IMG/VR virus record: IMGVR_UViG_3300011339_000663
Location: 1-35,777 of that record
Source: a virus
Taxonomy: Duplodnaviria > Caudoviricetes
Length of the DNA stretch: 35,777 bases
Strand: one strand, 5' to 3'
Under the pieces are notes generated by a model. The model was not told the origin of the DNA and searched no databases. It saw only the letters and a list, made by a program, of their open reading frames with translations. Made by a program: the position numbers and the translations under genes. Below, piece after piece: positions 1-9,375 of this stretch (position 1 is the stretch's first letter; every line of letters begins with the position of its first letter).

Positions 1-2
1 AG

Positions 3-947
3 GAGGCAACAGAATTAACTCTTGAGGATTTCACACAAATCACATTGAGGCTTCGGGGCAAGTCAGACCATCCTAAGAGATTCTTCTTGACATTTAATCC
101 GGTATCAGATAGTCATTGGATTAAAAAAAGGTTCTTTGATGATGTGCCAGCAAAGGAGCAAGATGATATTCTAAGGCTTCACGGCACTTACCTTGATGCT
201 CTTGACTTTCTTGATGACCAGTACCCAATCAGGATGGAGGCACTTAGGGCAGTAAGTCAGACTTACTATGAGGTTTATGCCTTGGGGCAGTGGGGAGTTT
301 GGGATAGGGAGAGCTTATTTGTTACCAGCTTTGACTACAGTCATCATGTTTATGGTGGATATATCAAAGCATCACCTACACATGACCTTTATCTATCTTT
401 TGACTTCAATGTGACCAACACATGCGTGGTAAGTCAGTTCATCAAGTATGGATATGATGCAGACCATTACGCAAACATCAATGTGCTTAAGGTTTATAGA
501 GTCGGTGACCTTAGCAATCTTTGCCAAACAATAAAGCAAGACTATCCAGGAATGAACTATGTCATCAATGGTGATGCTTCCGGTGCTGCTCGTAATGCAT
601 TTACTCAAGGAAACATCAGTGCCTATTTGATGATTAAAAACTACTTGAACATTGTGGACATGCAGCTTCAAGTGCCTAAGGTCAATCCTTCACACATTGC
701 CAGCAGGCTTATTACCATTCTACTCTTTCAAAAGGCAAAGATTAAGATAAGCGAAAAGAGTTGTGCCAATCTAATCACAGACCTTAAGGAGGCTAAGGTG
801 GACAGGATAGGAAGCCTTGATCCTTGGAAGAACAAGAACCCTGACAAGTCTCACGCATTAGATGCTTTTCGTTATTTTATTTTCTCTAATTTTGCAGAAA
901 TCACCAGCAACTTCAATCTCGAAAAGTATGGCACAATGCTGCAATAA
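3..947 (+). CDS. terL: Terminase large subunit, C-terminal part (5'-truncated at window edge; allele of 34002-35375)
   Basis: RLRG, LTFNP, ALGQW, DFN and HALDAFRY motifs of PBSX-type TerL; near-identical to the C-terminus of the 34002-35375 product. Confidence 0.92.
   Translation, partial: EATELTLEDFTQITLRLRGKSDHPKRFFLTFNPVSDSHWIKKRFFDDVPAKEQDDILRLHGTYLDALDFLDDQYPIRMEALRAVSQTYYEVYALGQWGVWDRESLFVTSFDYSHHVYGGYIKASPTHDLYLSFDFNVTNTCVVSQFIKYGYDADHYANINVLKVYRVGDLSNLCQTIKQDYPGMNYVINGDASGAARNAFTQGNISAYLMIKNYLNIVDMQLQVPKVNPSHIASRLITILLFQKAKIKISEKSCANLITDLKEAKVDRIGSLDPWKNKNPDKSHALDAFRYFIFSNFAEITSNFNLEKYGTMLQ
887..894 (+). promoter_or_regulatory. Bacteroidota-type -7 promoter element TAATTTTG
   Basis: Exact TAnnTTTG match 33 nt upstream of ATG 928; conserved in both repeat copies. 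Confidence 0.45.
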
Positions 948-1341
948 TTGTTTTAAAGCCTGTGAGCCTCTCAACAGTTGTCCTGATGCTTTCTTGGTTC
1001 TTGTGCCTCCTTCTTACACTGAAGATTCAGTAATTCTGAACATCAATAAGCCAGGCATGAATGCTCGCATCAGTCAGCTTCTTGAGATTGATTACCTTGG
1101 ATATGTGACCATAGACTTAGAAGGCTGTCCTGATGGCTTTTTCAATCCTTATGCGGGCCAATATGAGTTAATGTTCATAAATCCCACCAATAAAAAGGTT
1201 TATGAGTTTACTGCTGTTGATGGCTTAATCTACTCAACCATTTGCTTCTCATTTGCCCAAACCTACACCAATGGAGAAGGCATCAATGAGGTCTTTTTAA
1301 ATATCTTCACCGACTTAATCCCTGATCCTTATTATGTATGA
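928..1341 (+). CDS. Hypothetical protein with Cys-rich N-terminus (possible virion protein)
   Basis: ATG 928 (MAQCCNNC) preferred to 862; frame conserved in the diverged copy with mostly synonymous or conservative changes. Confidence 0.8.
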   Translation: MAQCCNNCFKACEPLNSCPDAFLVLVPPSYTEDSVILNINKPGMNARISQLLEIDYLGYVTIDLEGCPDGFFNPYAGQYELMFINPTNKKVYEFTAVDGLIYSTICFSFAQTYTNGEGINEVFLNIFTDLIPDPYYV

Positions 1342-1727
1342 TGAACTTGTTGCTAATTGTGGAGGCAAGCGCAGAGGCTGCTGCCTTATTGAGTTGCCTA
1401 AGCCTTCTGAATTTGATACTGATTGCTCTGACCAGTGCAGCTTTTTCCTTGTTCTTGGATTATCTGCTGGAGGATCACCCACTTGGGCAGTGGTATCTGT
1501 CCCAAATTCAGAAGTTGCCGACTTTGTGGGCAAAGCCACTTGGTGAATGTCCTTTCTGTTCAGGGGCTTGGCAGTTCCTGGTTATATCTTGTCTAATCTT
1601 TAACCAACCATTGTACTTATGTTTAATTTTCTTAGGAGTAAACCATCTGTTCCTTCTGTTGCTCAACAAGTGGCAAAAGAAGATGCTATTCAACCAGAAA
1701 GTAGCCGAATACTTTACAGGGGAGTAG
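1338..1727 (+). CDS. Membrane protein with CPFCxxxW motif (DUF1360-like)
   Basis: Hydrophobic helices, GECPFCSGAW, ATGA overlap with upstream stop; true start uncertain. Confidence 0.6.
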   Translation: MMNLLLIVEASAEAAALLSCLSLLNLILIALTSAAFSLFLDYLLEDHPLGQWYLSQIQKLPTLWAKPLGECPFCSGAWQFLVISCLIFNQPLYLCLIFLGVNHLFLLLLNKWQKKMLFNQKVAEYFTGE

Positions 1728-2371
1728 CACCCAAGGACAGATGGGATCAAATTGAATTTGCCTTCATTTCAGGAGGTGTCAAATACTTTAAATTCGTATC
1801 TGAGGTCAATGTGCCATTCCAAAGGGCAGTAGCTGCCAGGGATATATTCACCGAGGAACTTTGGCAGATTAATCCTGACTATCTGAGAGGCTGGAACAAT
1901 GGCCTTATCAACCTTCTAATGGACAAGAAGAAAAAGGATGATAAGAAGCTTTATGAGATAGGTGTAATGGCCTCAAGGCTCAAGGAGCAGATGGAGATGT
2001 CTGTAAGCCTGCTCAGGCAGTTAAAGCTTGCAACAGTTGTCTATTTCGATGAGGTTGAGAATCCTTTGGACTACCAGTACCCATACAACAAGCAAAAGCT
2101 TGAGCATTGGATGAAGAGCAATGATGTAGAAGGTTTTTTTTTGAATCTGCCGGAGTACGCATATCTGCCCTCTTCGACAGAATTCAGCATGAATTTCCAG
2201 ACTTATTTGCAGGGAGAAACAATACAAAGCCTAAACAGCCTGAAACATATTATTTCACTTCAATCATCAGACAACACAGACAGCGATTTGCTGAAGTCTT
2301 TAGAATCGCAGCTGGAGATGCTCAAAGAATTAAATTCCTGGTCGAAAGGCCAATCTATGAATACTATCTAA
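1619..2371 (+). CDS. Putative tail assembly chaperone (gpG-like)
   Basis: Directly upstream of tape measure gene; contains slippery GGT TTT TTT TTG (EGFF). Confidence 0.7.
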   Translation: MFNFLRSKPSVPSVAQQVAKEDAIQPESSRILYRGVAPKDRWDQIEFAFISGGVKYFKFVSEVNVPFQRAVAARDIFTEELWQINPDYLRGWNNGLINLLMDKKKKDDKKLYEIGVMASRLKEQMEMSVSLLRQLKLATVVYFDEVENPLDYQYPYNKQKLEHWMKSNDVEGFFLNLPEYAYLPSSTEFSMNFQTYLQGETIQSLNSLKHIISLQSSDNTDSDLLKSLESQLEMLKELNSWSKGQSMNTI

Positions 2372-2421
2372 TATATTCGACTTGGATTACTGAACAGAAG
2401 TCCAAGCGGAGTCATAAGTAG
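2134..2421 (+). CDS. -1 frameshift extension of tail assembly chaperone (gpGT-like C-terminal part)
   Basis: -1 frame is open from 2125 (after TGA 2122) to TAG 2419-2421 with no ATG and starts at a T9 run; reads ESAGVRISALF...IAAGDAQRIKFLVERPIYEYYLIYSTW...RSHK. Confidence 0.75.
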   Translation, partial: FFFESAGVRISALFDRIQHEFPDLFAGRNNTKPKQPETYYFTSIIRQHRQRFAEVFRIAAGDAQRIKFLVERPIYEYYLIYSTWITEQKSKRSHK

Positions 2422-2452
2422 GGCATTTTTTTTTGTGTTTCGTTTTACAGAG

Positions 2453-2481
2453 AAAGAGCCTCCCAAATTGGGGGGCTTTTT
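2453..2481 (+). terminator. Intrinsic terminator
   Basis: AGCCTCCC-AAATT-GGGGGGCT stem followed by T-run. Confidence 0.75.
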
Positions 2482-2485
2482 ATAT

Positions 2486-2493
2486 TAACTTTG
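2486..2493 (+). promoter_or_regulatory. -7 promoter element TAACTTTG upstream of tape measure gene
   Basis: Exact TAnnTTTG match right after terminator, 16 nt before ATG 2510. Confidence 0.6.
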
Positions 2494-2509
2494 CGAGAAA
2501 TAGAAGAAC

Positions 2510-4948
2510 ATGGCAATCTCAAGTAATGATATTAAGATTAAGTATGTCATTGATGACTCCGAACTTAAGAAGGCAGCCACCAGCTTTGATAAGCTGACTC
2601 AGGAGGAACAGGATGCCATTAACTCAATGAAGAAATTTAACACTGAGTTAGGCAACACCGGGAAGAAAGCAACTGAGACAGGGGATAAACTTAGCAATGC
2701 ATTTGACAAGGGGAAAGAAGGTGTTGGAGGCTTAAGTAAGATCCTCAATGGTCTTGGTCCAGCTATTGTAGGAGCATTCAGTGTGACTGCTGTGCTTGGC
2801 TTTGCTAAGGCTGTCTTTGACACTACAGCCAACTTTGAGAAGCTTGGTGCAGTCCTTAAAAACACTTTGGGCAGTGGCGCACAAGCATCTCTTGCCTTAG
2901 AAGGAATCAAAGAGTTTGCAAAGACCACACCTTTTGCAGTGGCAGAACTGACTGCAAGCTTTGTGAAGTTGGCTAACCAGGGATTCATTCCAACCACAAA
3001 TCAGCTGAGGCAATTAGGAGACTTGGCTTCATCCACTGGCAAAGGCTTTGACCAACTTACCGAGGCAATCATTGATGCTCAAACTGGAGAGTTTGAAAGG
3101 CTCAAGGAGTTTGGCATTAGAGCAAGCAAGTCAGGTGATCAGGTTAAGTTTAGCTTTAAGGGAGTTGAGACACAAGTAAAGTTTAACAATGAGGCGATAA
3201 GGGAATACATTACATCACTTGGTGATTATGAAGGTGTTGCTGGTGCTGCTGCTGCTGTATCAGGAACATTAGGTGGTAAGGTAAATAATCTTGGAGATGC
3301 TTGGGATAACTTCTTGAACTCAATAGGCACTCTTCTTAAGCCTGTCTTAACAGGCGCACTTCAGGTGACTGCTGATTTCATGGATGGCATTAATAAGTTG
3401 TTTAAGTTAGGCACAACAGGGGCGCAGGATGTTGAGCAGGCTGAATTGAATGCTTTTAAAAGCTTTCAGTCTAAGACTGCTATCATGACCGACCAAATGC
3501 TTGAGGATAGAGCAAAGAAAAATAGTGAATCCATAAAGACCTTTAGCAAAGAAGCAGCTGCCTTAGAGAAGTCAATAGGTAGTGCACCATCATTTGCAGG
3601 GTTTGATGCAAGGGCTGGAGATAGGCAGAAGCTTCAGGCAATTCTTGAGCAATTGGCAGTCTATAAGGGAGAGAATGCTGCAATCAATGAGCAGATTAAG
3701 CTAAGGAATGACAACACAGAAAAGACTGTCAAGGTAACTGCTGAGTTTTTAGCCGAGCAAAAGAAAGCTGCTGATGAGCAGGCTAAGATTGATAAGAAGG
3801 AATATGAGAATAAGTTAAAGATTCTTGACTTGGAAAAGCAACAGCAAATCCTAATGGCTCAGATTCGGGGTGAAAAGCTTGGTGAAGTGGGGGCTGAGAG
3901 GGTTTATGCTGAAGGAGTTTACAACCTAAAGGCAGAATATAGTGCTAAAAATATAGGCTTAACTCAGCAAGAAGTAAAGGTTGCTGAACTTCAAAAGGAC
4001 AAGGCAATAAAGAACCTTGATGATGCTACTGAAGCAATGAAATTAAAGAATAAAGATGGGCTTGATTATCTTAGAACTGAAACTGATAAGAATTATAAGA
4101 AAGGTCAAGATGCTTTAGATAAAGACATGAAACAGCGCATGGATAAAACACAAGCCATGCATGAGTTAGAATTAGAAAGATTAAAAAAACATGAAGAACA
4201 GAAGCAAGCAGTTCAGCAAAAGGCTGTTGAACTTGCTCAGACAATTGTCCAAGGTTCATTTGACCTATATCAGGCAAGCCTAAGTAATCAGATGACTCAA
4301 TTAAATAAAAGATATGATGAAGAAGTAAGGCTGGCAGATGGCAACAAGCAGAAGCTTGCTGAACTGGAGCAACAGAGGGCAGCAGAGGAAAAAGAAATTA
4401 AACTCAAGCAATTTAGAGCAGAACAATTGTCATCAATTGCCAACATAGCCTTTTCTGCTGCTCCTGAGATTGTCAAGTATTCAGTAAGTGCACCTCCTTT
4501 AGCTGCCTTAGTTGCAGCAATTGCTGCTGCTCAGGTTGGCTTTGTACTTGCACAGCCTGTCCCTGAATTTGCAGAAGGTACTAAAGGCAAACCATTTAAA
4601 GGAGGTAAGGCAATGGTAGGAGAAAGAGGAGTTGAGAAAGTTGTAACTGAATCGGGCAAAGTTTACTTTACTCCACCAACTGCTACCCTTGTGGACTTGC
4701 CTAAAGGCTCTCATGTTATTCCTAACCATGCTCTGAGCAAGCAAGAAATCTATTGGGGCAGTATGCAATCTGGAAGACAAGCAGGCAATGGCAGTCCTGT
4801 TGTAGGCGAAATAAGGGAACTTGGAAGCATCCTTAAAGGCTTACCAATCACTCAGCTTAATATGGATGAAAGAGGCTTTGAGAAATTCATCAGGACACCA
4901 AGAAGGACAACTAAAATTTTAAACAATAGGTTTAGGACTGAGAATTAA
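2510..4948 (+). CDS. Tail tape measure protein
   Basis: 812 aa Ala/Lys-rich coiled coil; EFAKTTPF...LGDLAS...GEFERLKEFGI tape-measure domain; C-terminal FAEG...VGERGVE motif. Confidence 0.93.
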   Translation: MAISSNDIKIKYVIDDSELKKAATSFDKLTQEEQDAINSMKKFNTELGNTGKKATETGDKLSNAFDKGKEGVGGLSKILNGLGPAIVGAFSVTAVLGFAKAVFDTTANFEKLGAVLKNTLGSGAQASLALEGIKEFAKTTPFAVAELTASFVKLANQGFIPTTNQLRQLGDLASSTGKGFDQLTEAIIDAQTGEFERLKEFGIRASKSGDQVKFSFKGVETQVKFNNEAIREYITSLGDYEGVAGAAAAVSGTLGGKVNNLGDAWDNFLNSIGTLLKPVLTGALQVTADFMDGINKLFKLGTTGAQDVEQAELNAFKSFQSKTAIMTDQMLEDRAKKNSESIKTFSKEAAALEKSIGSAPSFAGFDARAGDRQKLQAILEQLAVYKGENAAINEQIKLRNDNTEKTVKVTAEFLAEQKKAADEQAKIDKKEYENKLKILDLEKQQQILMAQIRGEKLGEVGAERVYAEGVYNLKAEYSAKNIGLTQQEVKVAELQKDKAIKNLDDATEAMKLKNKDGLDYLRTETDKNYKKGQDALDKDMKQRMDKTQAMHELELERLKKHEEQKQAVQQKAVELAQTIVQGSFDLYQASLSNQMTQLNKRYDEEVRLADGNKQKLAELEQQRAAEEKEIKLKQFRAEQLSSIANIAFSAAPEIVKYSVSAPPLAALVAAIAAAQVGFVLAQPVPEFAEGTKGKPFKGGKAMVGERGVEKVVTESGKVYFTPPTATLVDLPKGSHVIPNHALSKQEIYWGSMQSGRQAGNGSPVVGEIRELGSILKGLPITQLNMDERGFEKFIRTPRRTTKILNNRFRTEN

Positions 4949-4966
4949 TGTTTGGTTTAGATTAGT

Positions 4967-4999
4967 AAAAAGGGGGTGGCATTGCTATCCCTTTTTTTT
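4967..4999 (+). terminator. Intrinsic terminator
   Basis: AAAAAGGGGGTGGC-ATT-GCTATCCCTTTTTTTT. Confidence 0.75.
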
Positions 5000-5002
5000 G
5001 GC

Positions 5003-5010
5003 TAATTTTG
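5003..5010 (+). promoter_or_regulatory. -7 promoter element TAATTTTG, 4 nt before ATG 5015
   Basis: Exact TAnnTTTG match. Confidence 0.6.
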
Positions 5011-5014
5011 GGAC

Positions 5015-7387
5015 ATGGCAGGATGGCAATTTTACTTGAATGGAATAGAGGTAGAAGAACCTATTGGCTGGGATGCCATTGAGTTCACTGCCATCAGGAT
5101 GGAATCACACGGCATAGACCAACCATTCTCAACAGAAGTCAAATTCTATGACAAAGGGGCTAAACTTATCAAGTCTCTTTATGACCAATATTTTATCAAT
5201 GCTGAAATTGCCATCCAAATCACTTCTGATGTAGGGTACAATGGTGAGCCTTATCAATTTGATGGCATGCTTAACCTGGCAATCTATGAGGAGTTTAATG
5301 TATGCGACACTGACTCTTGGGAGATAACTGTTGGAATTATTGATGACAACTTCAGGGAGCAATTCAAGGCTCGTCAGGATGTAGAGATTGACCTTTACAG
5401 CACAAGAGACTTAAATGGCAATGCAATTGATCCATTGGTCATGCGTGAGATTAGATTGCACAAGCAAGAACTCTTTTTGGCTGGCTCTGCAAGGAATTAT
5501 GCTCAACAAGTATCTTATCTAAGTTATGTTCCTCAAGGGACTACTTCACCTTATCCTTGGAGTTATCCTGCTTATGTTAATGTTGTTCCAATATTTTGGG
5601 AGAACTCAGATTTTAAAGGCTCATTCAGTGCTTCATTAGACACTGTTGGAAGTGCATTTACCAATACTAATGTCATATTCCAAAACAATTCAAGCTTCAC
5701 AAGGACACTAAACGCATCTGTCTCAATTCAAGGAAGCTTTAATTGGGCAAGCATTGCAGCACCCGATGGAGCAACAGCTAATGTTAGATTTTACATTAGG
5801 ACATTTGATTCAACAGGTAGTTTTGATACTTTTTACACTCTTTTTAATACTGACTTAAAAACTTTTAGTGTTCCTCTTGGGCCTGATGTGACTTTTGATT
5901 TTACAACAGTAGTATCAGGCATAACAGTTCTTCCGGGCTATCGAGTTGCATTGCTTGCTTATTGGGGTGAAGGTGGATCAGTTAGGCCATCATTGTCAAT
6001 TGCTGATAATACTCAATTAGATTTAGACTTAACTATTGATAATGTCTGCCTCACAATGAATGAGCAGAACCCAGGGGAATATGCATCAACAACTCAATGC
6101 ATGACAATAGGCGAGTGCCTGAATAGAATGGTTTATGTAATCACTGGGCAGAATAATCAGATAAGGTCTGATGTGTTTGATGAGACTGGAAATGGGTGTT
6201 ATTGGAATAGTGCCTTGACAAATGGCCTGAAGATTAGGAATGCCAAGACAAACAATGAGATTGTCAATGGCTGTCTTGTTGATGATGAGGCAACAGGCTA
6301 CAAGACTTCATTTAAGAAGATATTTGAAGGACTTGACAGAATCTTTTGCCTTGGATGGGCATATGAATGGACAGGCACTGAATGGATAATTAGGATTGAA
6401 CCAAGAGAGTTCTTTTATCAGAACAGCATAAGCCAAACCTTTCCAAATGTGGGAGAGGTCAGGACTATGGCTAAGGTGGATATGCTTGCAAATAATATCC
6501 AGCTTGGCTATGATGACAAGTGGAAGAACATCGCAGTCTCAGGCCAATGGGCAATTCACACTGATAGGAATTACTTTGTCAATAATCGGGCAATGAATGA
6601 GGGATCAAGTGCAAAGCTTGACATTAAGAGTTCAATAATTGCTGAAGGTTATGCCATTGAGTTTAGCAGGAGGCTTCAGTTCCTCAGAGATGACTCAGGC
6701 AGCTCAGATAGGCCTAACGACTGGGAAACATTTATAATTTGGCTTAACAGATATGAGTTAGAATTTGAGAATGTTGAAGACACTGCCTATGGAGTCAGAG
6801 AAGAGTCAGGCTTCAAAGCCTTTCCTCCTGGTCAGGCAAGCATGTCAAGCAATCTAATAACCTACTCAAGCAGTCCAGCAGGAAACCTCTACAACATCTT
6901 TCACACTCCTGCTCGAATAGCTTGCAGATGGTGGAAGGTTCTTGGCATGCACACCTATGGATTAACCAATCCAAGGCTTCAGTTTCAGGTTGGTGAGTAT
7001 CAGACAGCCTATGCCAGCGCAATATCTGATTCTGTCGAGCCATGCATTCAGATACCATCTGAGGTGACCATAGCAGAAAACTCAGACATCTATGCGGACA
7101 TAATTGTTCCTGAAGCTGCGGAGTATTTATTCAAGCCTATTGGAGTTGAATTTACCTACCCTCAAAGTCTCTGCGATTTCTTAACTTTGTCTCAAGATGA
7201 GCAATACCGGAAAGTCAGGCTCACTTCAGGCAGTTTGGACATTCAAGGCTTTATCATGGAGGCCACCAATCAGCCGGAGGATGCTTCCGGAGGTACGACA
7301 AAGTTCACACTTCTTCAGGCTAATCAACTTGCTCCAACAGGCGCAGCTTTTGATACAGGCTTTGATGATGGTTATGAGATAGGTTAA
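5015..7387 (+). CDS. Tail tip/hub structural protein
   Basis: 790 aa, follows tape measure; N-terminal EPIGWD, beta-rich composition. Confidence 0.7.
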   Translation: MAGWQFYLNGIEVEEPIGWDAIEFTAIRMESHGIDQPFSTEVKFYDKGAKLIKSLYDQYFINAEIAIQITSDVGYNGEPYQFDGMLNLAIYEEFNVCDTDSWEITVGIIDDNFREQFKARQDVEIDLYSTRDLNGNAIDPLVMREIRLHKQELFLAGSARNYAQQVSYLSYVPQGTTSPYPWSYPAYVNVVPIFWENSDFKGSFSASLDTVGSAFTNTNVIFQNNSSFTRTLNASVSIQGSFNWASIAAPDGATANVRFYIRTFDSTGSFDTFYTLFNTDLKTFSVPLGPDVTFDFTTVVSGITVLPGYRVALLAYWGEGGSVRPSLSIADNTQLDLDLTIDNVCLTMNEQNPGEYASTTQCMTIGECLNRMVYVITGQNNQIRSDVFDETGNGCYWNSALTNGLKIRNAKTNNEIVNGCLVDDEATGYKTSFKKIFEGLDRIFCLGWAYEWTGTEWIIRIEPREFFYQNSISQTFPNVGEVRTMAKVDMLANNIQLGYDDKWKNIAVSGQWAIHTDRNYFVNNRAMNEGSSAKLDIKSSIIAEGYAIEFSRRLQFLRDDSGSSDRPNDWETFIIWLNRYELEFENVEDTAYGVREESGFKAFPPGQASMSSNLITYSSSPAGNLYNIFHTPARIACRWWKVLGMHTYGLTNPRLQFQVGEYQTAYASAISDSVEPCIQIPSEVTIAENSDIYADIIVPEAAEYLFKPIGVEFTYPQSLCDFLTLSQDEQYRKVRLTSGSLDIQGFIMEATNQPEDASGGTTKFTLLQANQLAPTGAAFDTGFDDGYEIG

Positions 7388-7388
7388 A

Positions 7389-9374
7389 ATGCCAACTAAT
7401 TACAACAGAGCCAATCTAATCACGGAGAGTGCAACACTTTTCCCTGACAATAATACGCAAGAGATTTCCCCTGCTGATTTAAGGCAGTGGCTTGAAGATG
7501 GCACAACAAGCTTTGTAACTCAGAAAGACAAGTCCACTCTTGAGAATGCAATTTTTGAGAATAAAGCATCAACCTTAGCATCAGGAGCAACAGTAGACCT
7601 TAATACTGCAACAGGAAACTATCTGCACATTTCAGGAACTGGAACAATCAATTCTTTTGGCACTTGTCCGGCAGGGGCAAGGTTCATCATTGTCTTTGAT
7701 GCTGCTGCAACATTAACCTATAATGCCACAAGCCTTATCATTCCAGGATTAGCAAATAAGACTGCTGCTGCCGGAGATTGTTGCATGATTGTCTCTGAGG
7801 GTTCAGGCAATTGGAGGATTGTTGGCTACTTCGCAATAAGTGGTGGAGGTGGAGGAGGTGGTGGCACAGTTACATCAGTAGACCTAACAATGCCCTCTGC
7901 ATTTGCAGTTAGTGGCAATCCAATAACTACCGCAGGAATTTTAGCAGTTACAGGAGCAGGATTAAATAGCCAATATATAAGAGGGGATGGCACATTAGCC
8001 AACTTTCCAACATCTACCGGAGGAGGTAGTTCAGTAAGTTACTATTTGAATGGTTCAATAACACAATTAACAATAAGCGGAGATACTTATTATCAAATGA
8101 GTAAAACTCCTGTTTTTGGCAGTGGAACTAATTTTACAAGAACATCTGCTTCAGGAGATGGTTATATAGCTTCATTTATAACTGATGCTGGAGATCCTAA
8201 TATTATTTCAATCCCTGGAGGCAATTTTAATTTAGAGTTTTACTTTAATGCTTCATCAGGAGGGGGAAGTCCTCAATTTTATGCTGAAATATACAAGTAT
8301 GATGGCGCATCTTTGACCTTAATAGGTTCAGGCAGTACCAACCCTGAAGGAATTACAAACGGAACAATAGTAGATCAATATTTTACATCAGTTGGTATTC
8401 CTATTACTGCTTTGGCTTTAACAGATAGGCTTGTAGTAAGAATTTATGTAATCACATCAGGGCGAAATATTATTCTTCATACTGAAGATAACAACCTATG
8501 TCAAGTAATTACAACCATTAGCACTGGTCTTACTGCCTTAAATGGTCTGACTGCTCAAGTTCAGACATTTGCAACCGGCACAAGTGGAACTGATTTTAAT
8601 ATTAATAGTTCTACCAATACTCATACTTTTAACATTCCCGATGGATCAGATACTGCAAGAGGTTTAATAACTACTGGAAATCAAACCTTAAAAGGCATTA
8701 AGACTTTTGGCAATGGCACAAGTGCAGGAGAGATAAGATTACTTGAGCCATCAGGCAGTGGTACTAACTCAATAGGGATTAAGTCTCAGGCCATTGGTTC
8801 TGATTATGACTTAACACTGCCAGTTAATGCAGGGACAAGTGGACAAGTTTTGCAGACTGATGGTTCAGGAGGATTGAGTTGGACAAGAAATGGAGGGACA
8901 ATTAATAGTTCTTTTATACTTAATTCCACTGAAACAAGTGCAACCGGAACTGCTGAGTTAATTAACAAAACTTTATTAATTCCTGCCAATACATTTTCTG
9001 CACAAACTGCTTTTAAAATTATTGTCAGAATACGAAAGGATAATCAAGGGTTTAACGAGCCAAGAACAAGAATTTATATTGGAACAAACCCTGCGAGTAT
9101 TGTCGGAGCATTTGCACTTGGAAATTATCTTTTTGTAGCAGCGGGGAGTTTGACTGGGACAATGATGGAGAGAAGTGCATTGATTGTAAATGCAAGTACT
9201 TTAACTTCTTATGTTTTTCTTTCTGCATCAGCTCCAACAGAGTCTATATATAATGGCATAATTACTTCAAGTGCAATTGATTGGACAGTCAGTCAATATA
9301 TAATTGTAACAACTCAATGCAATAATGTGGCATATTCTGCTTTTATAAGGTCAATTCAAGTAATCCCACAATAA
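7389..9374 (+). CDS. Tail fibre / receptor-binding protein
   Basis: Gly/Thr/Ser-rich; GGGGTVTSV, SQYIRGDG and GQVLQTDGSGGLSW fibre-type motifs. Confidence 0.78.
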   Translation: MPTNYNRANLITESATLFPDNNTQEISPADLRQWLEDGTTSFVTQKDKSTLENAIFENKASTLASGATVDLNTATGNYLHISGTGTINSFGTCPAGARFIIVFDAAATLTYNATSLIIPGLANKTAAAGDCCMIVSEGSGNWRIVGYFAISGGGGGGGGTVTSVDLTMPSAFAVSGNPITTAGILAVTGAGLNSQYIRGDGTLANFPTSTGGGSSVSYYLNGSITQLTISGDTYYQMSKTPVFGSGTNFTRTSASGDGYIASFITDAGDPNIISIPGGNFNLEFYFNASSGGGSPQFYAEIYKYDGASLTLIGSGSTNPEGITNGTIVDQYFTSVGIPITALALTDRLVVRIYVITSGRNIILHTEDNNLCQVITTISTGLTALNGLTAQVQTFATGTSGTDFNINSSTNTHTFNIPDGSDTARGLITTGNQTLKGIKTFGNGTSAGEIRLLEPSGSGTNSIGIKSQAIGSDYDLTLPVNAGTSGQVLQTDGSGGLSWTRNGGTINSSFILNSTETSATGTAELINKTLLIPANTFSAQTAFKIIVRIRKDNQGFNEPRTRIYIGTNPASIVGAFALGNYLFVAAGSLTGTMMERSALIVNASTLTSYVFLSASAPTESIYNGIITSSAIDWTVSQYIIVTTQCNNVAYSAFIRSIQVIPQ

Positions 9375-9375
9375 T

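Larger units (their letters stand above)
1..1349 (+). repeat. Imperfect terminal direct repeat, copy 1
   Basis: Colinear with 34429-35777 (ORF ends 947/35375 and 1341/35769 share offset 34428); first 127 nt identical, then many mostly synonymous substitutions. Confidence 0.95.

Noticed and set aside
1-1349. True physical direct terminal repeat
   Set aside because: Phage terminal repeats are copied each cycle and should be identical; these copies diverge after exactly 127 nt and cut through genes
2599-2997. Antisense ORF within tape measure (and similar shadow ORFs, e.g. 393-671, 24864-25157, 26231-26524)
   Set aside because: They lie opposite or inside well-supported genes and have no motifs
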